A stretch of DNA of 43,168 nucleotides from NCBI GenBank assembly GCA_044870155.1, contig JBIOYN010000146.1, positions 1 through 43,168 of the forward strand, written 5' to 3'. Below, in pieces: positions 8,221 to 16,360 of this stretch. The translations under genes and the position numbers were made by a program. Position 1 is the first letter of the stretch; every line of letters starts with the position of its first letter. A model generated the notes under the pieces. The model was given only the letters and a program-made list of their open reading frames with translations, did no database searches and was not told where the DNA came from. Source of the stretch: Acidimicrobiia bacterium. Lineage in GTDB: Bacteria; Actinomycetota; Acidimicrobiia; IMCC26256; BP-133.

Positions 8221-8708
8221 GGGGAGACGCCGAGCTGCTCGAGGAGCAGCGCCACGATCGACACCGCCCCCCGGCTCTGCTCCCAGGCGTCGCCGATCCG
8301 CTCGTGGTCGACGAGGCCGGCGGCATCCGGAGCCAGCCCCAGGGCGGCCACGGCGGCGGCCGACAGCGTGGCGGGCTCGAGGTCCTCGCCATGGGCGGGG
8401 AAGCACTCCAGCCCGTCCCACAGGGTCTCGAGCGGGCGGATCTCGGACCCGAGCGGCAACGCTTCGGGGGCCGCAGCCGACGCCAGCCGGCCCACGACCG
8501 TCTCCCACAGGTCGTAGTGGGAGAGGCCCGCCGGCGGCCGGTAGCCGGCCACGGGATGGAGCCGCCACTCCAGCATCACCTCGCCCTTGGCCTCGGTGAA
8601 CCACGTCTGGGACCCGTTCAGGTAGGAGTCGACCGGCGGGCCCAGCTGCCCGTCGAGGGCGGCGACGACCTCGGGACGAATGCGCCAGACGGTGGTGGCG
8701 AGCGGCAT
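8217..8708 (-). CDS. hypothetical protein (163 aa)
   Basis: ORF track entry with coding-like composition. It is convergent with the NUDIX gene, and the two stops overlap in CTAG. No family recognised. Confidence 0.45.
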   Translation of the reverse strand: MPLATTVWRIRPEVVAALDGQLGPPVDSYLNGSQTWFTEAKGEVMLEWRLHPVAGYRPPAGLSHYDLWETVVGRLASAAAPEALPLGSEIRPLETLWDGLECFPAHGEDLEPATLSAAAVAALGLAPDAAGLVDHERIGDAWEQSRGAVSIVALLLEQLGVSP

Positions 8709-8737
8709 GTCCTCAACCTAGGGGCCGTTAGCCTCCC

Positions 8738-10258
8738 GTGCTGATGATCTCCCGCCGAGCGGCGGCCCTCGCTCTCGCCCTGCTCGCCCCGGCCTGCTCC
8801 GGGAACGGTTCCGGGGTGCCCTCGGCCACCCCGTCGTCGCCCTCGACGGCCACGACCACCACGTCGGTCACCACGACGACGGCGGCGGCACCGGCCACCA
8901 CCACGACCGTTGCCGGGCCGCCGGCGACCTCGGCGCCCGTCACGACGCCCCGGCCGGCGCCACCGCCCGGAGCCCCCTGCGAGGTCCCCGCCGGCTATCC
9001 CGCCCCCTGGCCGGAGCGGCCCCGCTATACCGCCCGGCTCAACGTCGACCCGGAGGCCCGGATGGTGACCGGCACCACCTCGGTCCGCTTCACCCCTGAC
9101 GCGCCGACCGACCGCCTCGTCTTCCGCTTCTGGGCCAACGCCCCCCGCCTGGGCCGGGCCGGGAGCCGTTTCGAGGTCATCACCGCCTTTCTCGGCGACG
9201 TGCCCATCGCCGGCACCTACGAGGCCGCCGGCGCCGCCGCCGGGAAGCCCGGCACCCTGTACTTCCTCCCCGGCTCGTTCCCCGCCGGCCAGGCGGTCTC
9301 GGCCCGCATCGACTTCCGCCTGTTCATGCCCGGCGCCGTCAACGACCGGGTGGCGCTGGTGGGCCGGGCTTTCCGGCTCGGATCCGTCCTGCCCGTGCTC
9401 TCCTGGGTGCGGGGCGGCGGCTGGCAGACCTCGCCCGCTGTCGACGCCTTCGCCGAGGCGGCCGCCTCCGAGGTGGCCGACTGGGACGTCACCGTCACCG
9501 CCCCCGCCGGCTACACCACCCTGGCCACCGGCGTGGAGTCGGAGCCCGGCCGGTTCGTGGCCGAGGCGGTGCGGGACTGGGGCGCCACCGTGGCCCCCAT
9601 GCGGACGGCCGAGGCACCGGCCCAGGGCGGGCGCACCCTGGCCGTGGTGGGCGTGGCCGAGGGAGCGGCGGGCGACCCGCTCGTCCTCGCCCAGCGGGTG
9701 GCGGCCACCATCGACGGCCTGGCCGCCCGCTACGGCGAGTACCCCTATCCCCGCCTCAGCATGGCCGTCACCGGGAGCCTGTCGGGCGGCGTCGAGTTCC
9801 CCACCTACATCCACCTCGGCTCCGGGGTCCCCAACATCCACCTCGTCCACGAGGTCGCCCACCAGTGGTTCTACGGCGTGGCCGGCAACGACCAGTACGC
9901 CCATCCGTTCCTCGACGAGGCGCTGGCGACCTGGGCCGAGGCCCGGGTGGTGGGCCGGGTGGCGTCCCAGCGGGCCCGGTCCGTCCCCGCCGCCGGGCGA
10001 AGCCGCCTGGGGGAGTCGATGGCCTACTGGAACCGCCAGGGACGGACCTACTTCCTGTCCATCTACATCGGTGGGATGCAGGCCCTGGCCGCCTACGCCG
10101 ACGCCGCCGGCGGCTACGACGCCCTGGATTGCGCCCTGCGCCGCTACCACCGGGACCGGGCCTACACGCTCTCCCGGCCTGCCGACCTCTTCGATGCCCT
10201 GGCCCGCCAGACGGGAGTCGATCCCCGCCCGGTGCTGGCCCGATTCGGGCTGTCGTAG
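8738..10258 (+). CDS. secreted/lipoprotein M1-like gluzincin metallopeptidase
   Basis: Signal peptide with lipobox LLAPAC, a Thr/Pro-rich linker, and zinc motif HEVAHQWFYG ...FLDEALATW (HExxH plus a distal E). An alternative ATG start is at 8744. Confidence 0.7.
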   Translation: MLMISRRAAALALALLAPACSGNGSGVPSATPSSPSTATTTTSVTTTTAAAPATTTTVAGPPATSAPVTTPRPAPPPGAPCEVPAGYPAPWPERPRYTARLNVDPEARMVTGTTSVRFTPDAPTDRLVFRFWANAPRLGRAGSRFEVITAFLGDVPIAGTYEAAGAAAGKPGTLYFLPGSFPAGQAVSARIDFRLFMPGAVNDRVALVGRAFRLGSVLPVLSWVRGGGWQTSPAVDAFAEAAASEVADWDVTVTAPAGYTTLATGVESEPGRFVAEAVRDWGATVAPMRTAEAPAQGGRTLAVVGVAEGAAGDPLVLAQRVAATIDGLAARYGEYPYPRLSMAVTGSLSGGVEFPTYIHLGSGVPNIHLVHEVAHQWFYGVAGNDQYAHPFLDEALATWAEARVVGRVASQRARSVPAAGRSRLGESMAYWNRQGRTYFLSIYIGGMQALAAYADAAGGYDALDCALRRYHRDRAYTLSRPADLFDALARQTGVDPRPVLARFGLS

Positions 10259-10359
10259 ACGCGCCCGGCCTTCAAGCTGGGGAGCGGCGGGAGAAGAAGA
10301 CGCAGTAAAGGAGTCCGGGCGCGCGCCCGCCGTGATTCGGTGCCCTGCCCCTCCGGAAC

Positions 10360-10392
10360 GGGGAATTTGTACCTGGGACGTACAAATTCCCC
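10360..10392. promoter_or_regulatory. perfect 13-bp inverted repeat (candidate operator or hairpin)
   Basis: GGGGAATTTGTAC ctgggac GTACAAATTCCCC. The AT-rich core sits in a roughly 350-bp lower-GC intergenic region. Confidence 0.4.
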
Positions 10393-10500
10393 GGATTTAC
10401 CTTCCCGCGGCGCAACACCAACCACACGCCGATGCTTCGCCCACACGCCGTCCGCCTCATTGCGGTCTTTCGGCACCGTCTTCGGCGAGTCCAGCACGGA

Positions 10501-10521
10501 CTGAACATGCACAGTGTTCAG
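10501..10521. promoter_or_regulatory. 7-N7-7 inverted repeat
   Basis: CTGAACA tgcacag TGTTCAG, about 90 nt upstream of the small ORF at 10609. Confidence 0.3.
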
Positions 10522-10608
10522 ATTGCCTTTCCCTTCTCGCTACCGGCGCGGAGCCACCGGTTGGCCCCCCTTGGCTACGGTCGTGGTCGAATGCTTGACC
10601 TGTGATTT

Positions 10609-10842
10609 ATGGTCCGGATGTCGAAAGAAAGGGATTCACGAGTGGATCTGTGGCTTGTGTTTCTGTTGTTGTCGGGTGTCTTCTCCCTGGGCTGGGCCCT
10701 CGGATCGGCGCTGGGCTTCCAGGCCGGCAAGAGGGAGGCCGAGGAGCTCGCCGAGCTGCAGGCCGAGCTCGTCCGCTCCATCGAGGCGCATCTCGCCGAC
10801 AACGACGAGCGCGTCGTCCCGCTCGTGCCGACCTCCGGCTGA
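10609..10842 (+). CDS. small single-pass membrane protein (77 aa; alternative ATG at 10618)
   Basis: The TM segment is WLVFLLLSGVFSLGWALGSALGF, followed by an acidic helical tail. Its stop lies 6 nt from the convergent PAC2 stop. No family recognised. Confidence 0.4.
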   Translation: MVRMSKERDSRVDLWLVFLLLSGVFSLGWALGSALGFQAGKREAEELAELQAELVRSIEAHLADNDERVVPLVPTSG

Positions 10843-10848
10843 TCTGAG

Positions 10849-11706
10849 TCAGCTGCCGCGCTGGTCGCGGAGGAAGCGCTCGAGCTCCGCCGCCAGGGTC
10901 TCCCCACTGGGGAGGTCACCCTCGTCGATCTGATCGTCGTCCCGCTCCTCGAGCTGACGCACGTAGGCGCTCACGTCGGGGTCGGACGCCACCAACTCGT
11001 TGACCCGGTCCTCCCAGGCCGCCTCCGCCTCGGCCAGGTCACCCACGCCCACGGGCACGTCGATGACCTCGGCGAGGCGCTCGATGAGCGCCCGGGTGGC
11101 TTTGGGGTTGGGCGGGCTGGCCACATAGTGGGGCACGGGGGCCCACAGGGACACGGACGGCACGCCGGCGCCCCGGCAGGCGTCGTGGAGGACCCCGACA
11201 ATCCCCGTGGGGCCCTCGTAGCGGGAGTGCGACAGCCCCAGCCGGTCGATCAGCTCGGGGTCAGCGGCCGTGCCCGTGAGCCGGATGGGCCGGGTGTGGG
11301 GGACGTCGGCCAGCAGGGCGCCGAGTGTCACCACCATCTCGCAGCCCGTGTCCCGGGCCACGCCGAGGACCGTGTCGCAGAAGGTCTTCCAGCGCAGGTT
11401 GGGTTCCACGCCCGCCACCAGCACGACGTCGCGGCCCACCTCCTCGACGTGAGCGCAGAACACGTCGTTGGCGGGCCAGGTGATCTGGCGGGTGACCCCG
11501 TCCACCAGGCTGACCTGAGGGCGCGAGACCTGGAAGTCGAAGAACTCCTCGGGCTCGATGGAGGCCACCTTCCGGGCCCGCCACCGGGCCCGCAGCCAGG
11601 TCACGGCGCCCGAGGCGGCGTCGGCGGCGTCGTTCCAGCCCTCGAAGGCGGCCACCATCACGGGCCGTCGCAACGTGGGGCGGTCCTGCCAGGAGACTTG
11701 GTCCAT
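10849..11706 (-). CDS. PAC2 (proteasome assembly chaperone 2-like) family protein
   Basis: 285 aa. PVMVAAFEGWNDAADAAS...VAGVEPNLRWK...YEGPTGIVGVL...WAPVPHYV matches the actinobacterial PAC2-family pattern. It has an acidic C-terminal tail. Confidence 0.8.
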   Translation of the reverse strand: MDQVSWQDRPTLRRPVMVAAFEGWNDAADAASGAVTWLRARWRARKVASIEPEEFFDFQVSRPQVSLVDGVTRQITWPANDVFCAHVEEVGRDVVLVAGVEPNLRWKTFCDTVLGVARDTGCEMVVTLGALLADVPHTRPIRLTGTAADPELIDRLGLSHSRYEGPTGIVGVLHDACRGAGVPSVSLWAPVPHYVASPPNPKATRALIERLAEVIDVPVGVGDLAEAEAAWEDRVNELVASDPDVSAYVRQLEERDDDQIDEGDLPSGETLAAELERFLRDQRGS

Positions 11707-11778
11707 CGCCCCTCCACCCTACCCGGGGCCCGGGTGGCCAAGCCCTACCGGTGTGCCAGTCCGCCGGTCCGAAACGGC

Positions 11779-12666
11779 CTAGGCGTCGGGCGGGAAGGGG
11801 ACGGCCGGGTACTTCCCGCCGATCAGGTAGACGGGCGTGCCCCGCTCGACGGTGTCGAGCAGCCACCGGGACGAGTGCATGGGAATGCGCACGCAGCCAT
11901 GGGAGGCCGGGTGGCCGGGGACCGACGGGGCGCCGTGGATGGCGTAGCCCCCCTTGAAGTACAGCGGGTTGTAGAGCACGCCCAGGTAGCTGGTCCGCCT
12001 GCCGCCCACCTTGCGCTCCACCCGGAACGACCCGCTGGGCGTCACCGCCACCCCACACCGGCCCTTGCGTTTGGGGACACCCCTTTCCCCGGGGTGTCCG
12101 GGGACACCCCGCCCCGCGGAGGCGCAGTAGCGCTTCCCGCTGCCGGTGGACACGGGGAGGATCCGGGTGAGGAGGCCGGCGGAATAGAAGAACAGGACCT
12201 GGCGGCCGAGGTCGACCTCGATGCGGGTGGCGCCGCCGGCGGGCAGGAGCGGGCTCGGGTCCCGGGCCTGGTTGAGGGCGGCGATGGTCTCGGGGGTGGC
12301 CGCCCCCGTGCGGGGGAGGCCGACGACCTTCTGGAAGGCCATGACGGCGGCGGCGGTGCCGGCCGAGTAGTGCCCGTTCGGCGTCCCGGGGTCGTAGCGC
12401 AGGGAGGCGAGGCGTTCCTGGAGCAGGCGGACGGGCTCACCGTCGGCGCCGGGGCCGAGGCCGTCGGTGGGGAGAGGCGGGAAAGGCGCCGGCGCCACCG
12501 CCGACGGGCCCGGGGCGATCGCCGGCGGCCCCAGGGCCGGGGTCACGGGCCGCGCCTCGGGGGCGTCCACGGCCCGGGCCGTCTCCTGTCCCTGCGCCAG
12601 GTTGCAGGCGGAGAGCGTGAGGGCCACGGCGGCCAGCACGGCGCCGGCGGACGACGTCGTGGCCAT
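11779..12666 (-). CDS. L,D-transpeptidase lipoprotein with PG_binding_1 domain
   Basis: The real start is the ATG at 12666 (MATTSSAGAVLAAVALTLSAC, lipobox). It has a peptidoglycan-binding repeat (LQERLASLRYDPGTPNGHYSAGTAAAVMAFQK) and a YkuD catalytic motif (HGAPSVPGHPASHGCVRIP). The upstream part of the 540-aa track ORF is a frame artefact. Confidence 0.85.
   Translation of the reverse strand: MATTSSAGAVLAAVALTLSACNLAQGQETARAVDAPEARPVTPALGPPAIAPGPSAVAPAPFPPLPTDGLGPGADGEPVRLLQERLASLRYDPGTPNGHYSAGTAAAVMAFQKVVGLPRTGAATPETIAALNQARDPSPLLPAGGATRIEVDLGRQVLFFYSAGLLTRILPVSTGSGKRYCASAGRGVPGHPGERGVPKRKGRCGVAVTPSGSFRVERKVGGRRTSYLGVLYNPLYFKGGYAIHGAPSVPGHPASHGCVRIPMHSSRWLLDTVERGTPVYLIGGKYPAVPFPPDA
12073..12117 (-). 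repeat. two copies of the GGGGTGTCCCC motif, with an inverted half-copy between them, inside the L,D-transpeptidase gene
   Basis: Plus strand: GGGGACACCCC ttt CCCCGGGGTGTCC GGGGACACCCC g CCCCGC. On the coding strand this reads ...GRGVPGHPGERGVPK... The arms GGACACCCC/GGGGTGTCC can pair. Confidence 0.6.
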
Positions 12667-12671
12667 CCGGC

Positions 12672-13721
12672 TCAGAGCCGGGCCTCGGCGATGGCGGCCC
12701 AGTGCTCGGCGGTGGCGGTGTGCCACACCCAGAACGACAGGCCGGCGGCACCCTTTCCCGCCGCCGTCTGCATGAAGCGGTCGAGCTGGTCCCGGGTCGG
12801 CGCCCCGGCCGGCCCGCCGTCGATGGCGCCGTCGTAGGCCTGCCCCACGGGGAGGATGGGCTTGCCGTAGTGGGCCAGGTTGTCGATGGCCTTGGCCACG
12901 TCGGCGGCCGGATCCCGGTTCATCCAGTACACCATCGGCGCTACGGCATCGAAGGCGCCGGTGACCTCGTCGAAGGGATAGGCGAAGCGGGGCGGGGGCG
13001 GGATGGTGGCGATCAGCGGGTAGCCGGCACCGACCAGCTCCCGCAGGCGGGCCCCGTAGGCGATGGCGCCGTCGTGGGTCAGCCGCACGCCTTCGTGGGC
13101 GGTCTCGACGTCGGCCGAGAAGGCGTCGATGCGGTGCCCGTCGGGGGTGGTGTAGGCGATCTCGGCCGCCGCCCGCTCGGCGTCGGCCCGGGGTTCGAAG
13201 AGGTAGGGGAAGTCCCAGCCGACCACGGACAGGCCGCCGGCGTGGGCCGCGGGCAGGAGCCGGTCGAGGTCGCCCTGGCCGTAGAACCCGCTCTTGGAGG
13301 AACCCAGGCGCAGGTACACATGGGTGAGGCCGGCGGCCCGGGCCTGGGTGACGAGGGCGGCGGGGTCCCCGCCGGCGGCCCACTCCAGCCGGTGGAGCCA
13401 CATCCCCTTGCCCCGGGGCAGGGCCGGCACCCGGGGCGGCTCCGGCACCGGGGGGACGGGGAGGGCGGCGGCCAGCTCGCCTGCCGTTCCCGCCGGCACG
13501 GCTGCTCCGGCCGGAACCGGGAGCCAGCTGGTGGTGCGGACACCAACCGCCCCCACCAGCAGCACCGCCGCCAGCGCCACCAGGGCGCTGATGGACAGTC
13601 CCGGGGGTTGCGGGGGCGGCGGCGGCGGAGAGACGACCCGGATGAAGCGGCCTCGGGCGTCACGCGCCCGGGGTGCGGGGTGCCCCCGAGGGGGCGGGAG
13701 GGGACGGGCCCCATAAATCAC
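12672..13721 (-). CDS. membrane-anchored hypothetical protein, possibly glycoside-hydrolase-like TIM barrel
   Basis: 349 aa from GTG. It has a Pro-rich N-terminus, one TM (ISALVALAAVLLVGAVGV), then a globular domain with alternating beta/alpha character (THVYLRLGSS...VVGWDFPY...IDAFSADVE...PMVYW). The function call is weak. Confidence 0.45.
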   Translation of the reverse strand: MIYGARPLPPPRGHPAPRARDARGRFIRVVSPPPPPPQPPGLSISALVALAAVLLVGAVGVRTTSWLPVPAGAAVPAGTAGELAAALPVPPVPEPPRVPALPRGKGMWLHRLEWAAGGDPAALVTQARAAGLTHVYLRLGSSKSGFYGQGDLDRLLPAAHAGGLSVVGWDFPYLFEPRADAERAAAEIAYTTPDGHRIDAFSADVETAHEGVRLTHDGAIAYGARLRELVGAGYPLIATIPPPPRFAYPFDEVTGAFDAVAPMVYWMNRDPAADVAKAIDNLAHYGKPILPVGQAYDGAIDGGPAGAPTRDQLDRFMQTAAGKGAAGLSFWVWHTATAEHWAAIAEARL

Positions 13722-13774
13722 AAACGTGTAATTTAGGCCCGCGCCTCACAGCCGTGGCGGATGCCTGCCGGGGG

Positions 13775-14137
13775 CTAGGAGAACCAGATCTTCTGGTACT
13801 CGCGGCTCTGGGGGTGGACGAGCAGCGCCACCAGGGCCACGGCCAGCATCAGCCCGACGGGGTCGAAGCGCACCCATCCTGCGAGGCTCGCGCCTCGGAG
13901 GAAGGGGTAGAGCAGCGCGAAGCCGGCGACTCCCACGGACAGGCCATAGCCCCACTTCTTGCTGTTGGCCATGCCGTAGGCACCCCCCACCGAGCCGGCG
14001 GTCAGCAACAGCCCGTAGCCGGAGGCGAAGACTTCGCCCCGCAGGACGAGGAAGACGGCGTCGAGATAGAGCAGGAAGGTGGCGATCTGGAGCGTCTGGG
14101 GTTGGGACGGGTCGAAGAAACGTTGCGGTCCGGCCAC
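13775..14137 (-). CDS. small polytopic membrane protein (120 aa)
   Basis: The GTG at 14137 is preceded by GGAGG and lies 2 nt after the rlmN stop. There are about 4 hydrophobic segments. The rest of the 370-aa track ORF overlaps rlmN out of frame. Confidence 0.5.
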   Translation of the reverse strand: MAGPQRFFDPSQPQTLQIATFLLYLDAVFLVLRGEVFASGYGLLLTAGSVGGAYGMANSKKWGYGLSVGVAGFALLYPFLRGASLAGWVRFDPVGLMLAVALVALLVHPQSREYQKIWFS

Positions 14138-14139
14138 GA

Positions 14140-15192
14140 TCACTCCTCCCTGGTCGCTCCTACCATTGTGACCGGTGCGTGGCGGTGGCGGGCGCGGAGC
14201 TGGCCGCAGGCGGCGTCGATGGTGGTCCCCCGGTTGCGCCGCACGGTGGCGTTGACCCCCCCGGCCCGCAGGCGTTCGGCGAAGCGGGCGATGCGCTCCG
14301 GTGGGCTGGCGGGCACCCCGAAGCCGGCGGTGGGGTTGAGAGGGATGAGGTTCACATGGGCCCCCAGCCCGGCCAGGCGGCGGGCCAGGGCGGTGGCCTG
14401 GGCCGGGCTGTCGTTGACGCCGTCGATCATGGCGTACTCGAACGACACCCTCCGTCCCGAGTGGTCGAGGTACTCGCCCGCCGCCGCCAGGACCTCGTCG
14501 AGGGGATAGCGCCGGTTGAGTGGCACCAGCTGGTCGCGCAGGTCGTCGTCCGGAGCGTGGAGGGAGACGGCCAGGGTGACGGGGAGGGTCTGCTCGGCCA
14601 GGCGCCGGATCCCGGGGACGACGCCCACGGTGGAGACCGTGAGGTGGCGGGCCGAGATGCCGAAGTGGTGGTGGAGCCGCTCGACGGCCGCCCAGGTGGC
14701 GTCGAAGTTGGCCAGCGGCTCGCCCATCCCCATGAACACCACATTGGAGACCCGCGCCGGGCTGGCGTGCTGGGCCCGCGCCACCTGCTCCACGATCTCG
14801 CCGGCGGTCAGGTGGCGCTCGAAGCCGGCCTGGCCCGTGGCGCAGAACGTGCACCCCATGGCGCACCCGGCCTGGGACGACACGCACACCGTGGCCCGGT
14901 CCCGGTAGTGCATGAGGACGGTCTCGACTTCAGCGCCCGCCGTGGCCCTCCACAACCACTTCGCCGTCTCCCCGCCGTCGGCGGTCTCGGTCGTGCACGG
15001 CGCCAGTTCCAGTGGGAGAGCCTCGGCCAGCCGGTCGCGCAGCGCCTTGCCCAGGTCGGTGAGTTCCTCGAGCGGCGCCCGGCGCCGGTAGAGGCCGTCC
15101 CACAGCTGGCGGGTCCGGTAGGGCTTCTCGTCCCAGGAACCGAGGAGGTCCTCGATCTCCCCGGGGCCGGCGCCGTAGCGGGTGCGGCTCAT
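14140..15192 (-). CDS. rlmN: 23S rRNA/tRNA (adenine-C2)-methyltransferase RlmN (radical SAM)
   Basis: 350 aa from the ATG at 15192, which forms an ATGA overlap with the mshD stop. Motifs are CVSSQAGCAMGCTFCATG (CxxxCxxC), GMGEPLAN and the C-terminal IDAACGQL. Confidence 0.9.
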   Translation of the reverse strand: MSRTRYGAGPGEIEDLLGSWDEKPYRTRQLWDGLYRRRAPLEELTDLGKALRDRLAEALPLELAPCTTETADGGETAKWLWRATAGAEVETVLMHYRDRATVCVSSQAGCAMGCTFCATGQAGFERHLTAGEIVEQVARAQHASPARVSNVVFMGMGEPLANFDATWAAVERLHHHFGISARHLTVSTVGVVPGIRRLAEQTLPVTLAVSLHAPDDDLRDQLVPLNRRYPLDEVLAAAGEYLDHSGRRVSFEYAMIDGVNDSPAQATALARRLAGLGAHVNLIPLNPTAGFGVPASPPERIARFAERLRAGGVNATVRRNRGTTIDAACGQLRARHRHAPVTMVGATREE

Positions 15193-16154
15193 CCTTGGGC
15201 GGCGGCCACGTCGGCCACGTAGGCACGGTCGATGTGGTGGACGTCGAACCCCAGGGCGCGGTAGAGGCCGACGGCGGACTGGTTGGAGGCGTCGACGTAG
15301 AGCATCCCGGTGCCGCAGCCCCGCTCGGCCAGGCTGGCCAGGCCACCCAGCACCAGCGCCCGTCCCAGGCCCGTTCCCTGGCGGGAGGGGTCGACGGCGA
15401 TGACGTAGATCTCGCCCATGGCTTCCCGCGCCCGCCCGCCGGCCTTGCCGCCCTCGTGGACCTTCGTCCAGCAGAAGCCGGCCAGACCGTGCTGGTCCTC
15501 GGCCAGCAGGAAGCCGGCGGGGTCGAACCAGCGATCGTCCTCCCGGCTCCGCAGGGTCTCGACGTCCCAGTCCCCCTGCTCGGGATGGCCGGCGAAGGCG
15601 GCGTTGTTGACCGCCACCCACGCCTCCTCGTCCTGGCCGGGCACGAAGCGTCGGACCCGCACCCCCGCCGGCCACCGGGCCGCCTCGGGGTGGGGCAGGG
15701 GCCGGCGCATCTGGAACAGCTCACGGCCCCGGGTGAACCCGAGGCGGTGGGCCAGGGCGTCGTGGATCTGCGTGGGGCGGAACACCCAGAAGTGCAGCTG
15801 CCCGCCGCCTTCGGCACTGGCCACCTCCAGGGCGGCGTCGAGAAGGGCCACCTCCACGCCCACCCCCCGGTGCTGGGGATCGACGGCCACCTCGAGGCCG
15901 AAATGGCCGACACTGCCCGGCGCCCGGGGCGTCCCCGGCTGCGCCGACAGGTGGGCGTAGCCCACCGGATGGGGATGGGGCGGGTCCTCAGCCACGATGC
16001 CGGCGTAGCAGCGGCCGGAGCTGTTGACCAGGTCCAGCCACTTGTGCTCGCCCAGGGCGGCGTGGTCGTCGGCGGCTTCCACGGCGTCGAGCAGGTCGCG
16101 CACCTCGGCCAGCTCGGCGTCGGAGATGTCGCGCAGGACCCGCACCTTGATCAC
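15189..16154 (-). CDS. mshD: mycothiol synthase MshD (tandem GNAT domains)
   Basis: 321 aa with two acetyltransferase halves. Motifs are DPQHRGVGVEVALL and GEIYVIAVDPSRQGTGLGRAL...LYVDASNQSAVGLYRALGF, typical of MshD. Confidence 0.82.
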   Translation of the reverse strand: MIKVRVLRDISDAELAEVRDLLDAVEAADDHAALGEHKWLDLVNSSGRCYAGIVAEDPPHPHPVGYAHLSAQPGTPRAPGSVGHFGLEVAVDPQHRGVGVEVALLDAALEVASAEGGGQLHFWVFRPTQIHDALAHRLGFTRGRELFQMRRPLPHPEAARWPAGVRVRRFVPGQDEEAWVAVNNAAFAGHPEQGDWDVETLRSREDDRWFDPAGFLLAEDQHGLAGFCWTKVHEGGKAGGRAREAMGEIYVIAVDPSRQGTGLGRALVLGGLASLAERGCGTGMLYVDASNQSAVGLYRALGFDVHHIDRAYVADVAAAQG

Positions 16155-16213
16155 GCTCCGAGGCTACCGGCGTCGGTCGCCGCTCGACACCGTCCCGGTG
16201 GCGGGCCCGTTCC

Positions 16214-16262
16214 GTTCTGGGCACGGATTTCCTCGGAAGCTGAGAACATCCGTTCCCAGAAT
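16214..16262. promoter_or_regulatory. long imperfect hairpin in the mshD / ECF-sigma divergent intergenic region
   Basis: The arms GTTCTGGGCACGGAT and ATCCGTTCCCAGAAT (13 of 15 complementary) flank a 19-nt loop. The loop itself contains TTCCtcGGAA. Confidence 0.35.
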
Positions 16263-16360
16263 CGAAAGCGCACCCCCTCGCCGGGCTGGTTGCACTTGCC
16301 AGAGATGGTTGTAGGGGACAAGTATCTGGGTTCTGGGGCGTCGAGAGTTGGGGGACGACG

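Noticed and set aside
10501-10521. CTGAACA-N7-TGTTCAG, considered as a LexA (GAAC-N4-GTTC) box or an HspR HAIR (CTTGAGT-N7-ACTCAAG) element.
   Set aside because: The GAAC/GTTC halves are 9 nt apart rather than 4. The half-site sequence also differs from HAIR at several positions.
10432-10605. 57-codon plus-strand ORF and the 116-aa minus-strand ORF (10162..10512) in the long intergenic region.
   Set aside because: Their translations are Arg-rich with no SD. The minus-strand ORF overlaps the peptidase 3' end. Neither looks coding.
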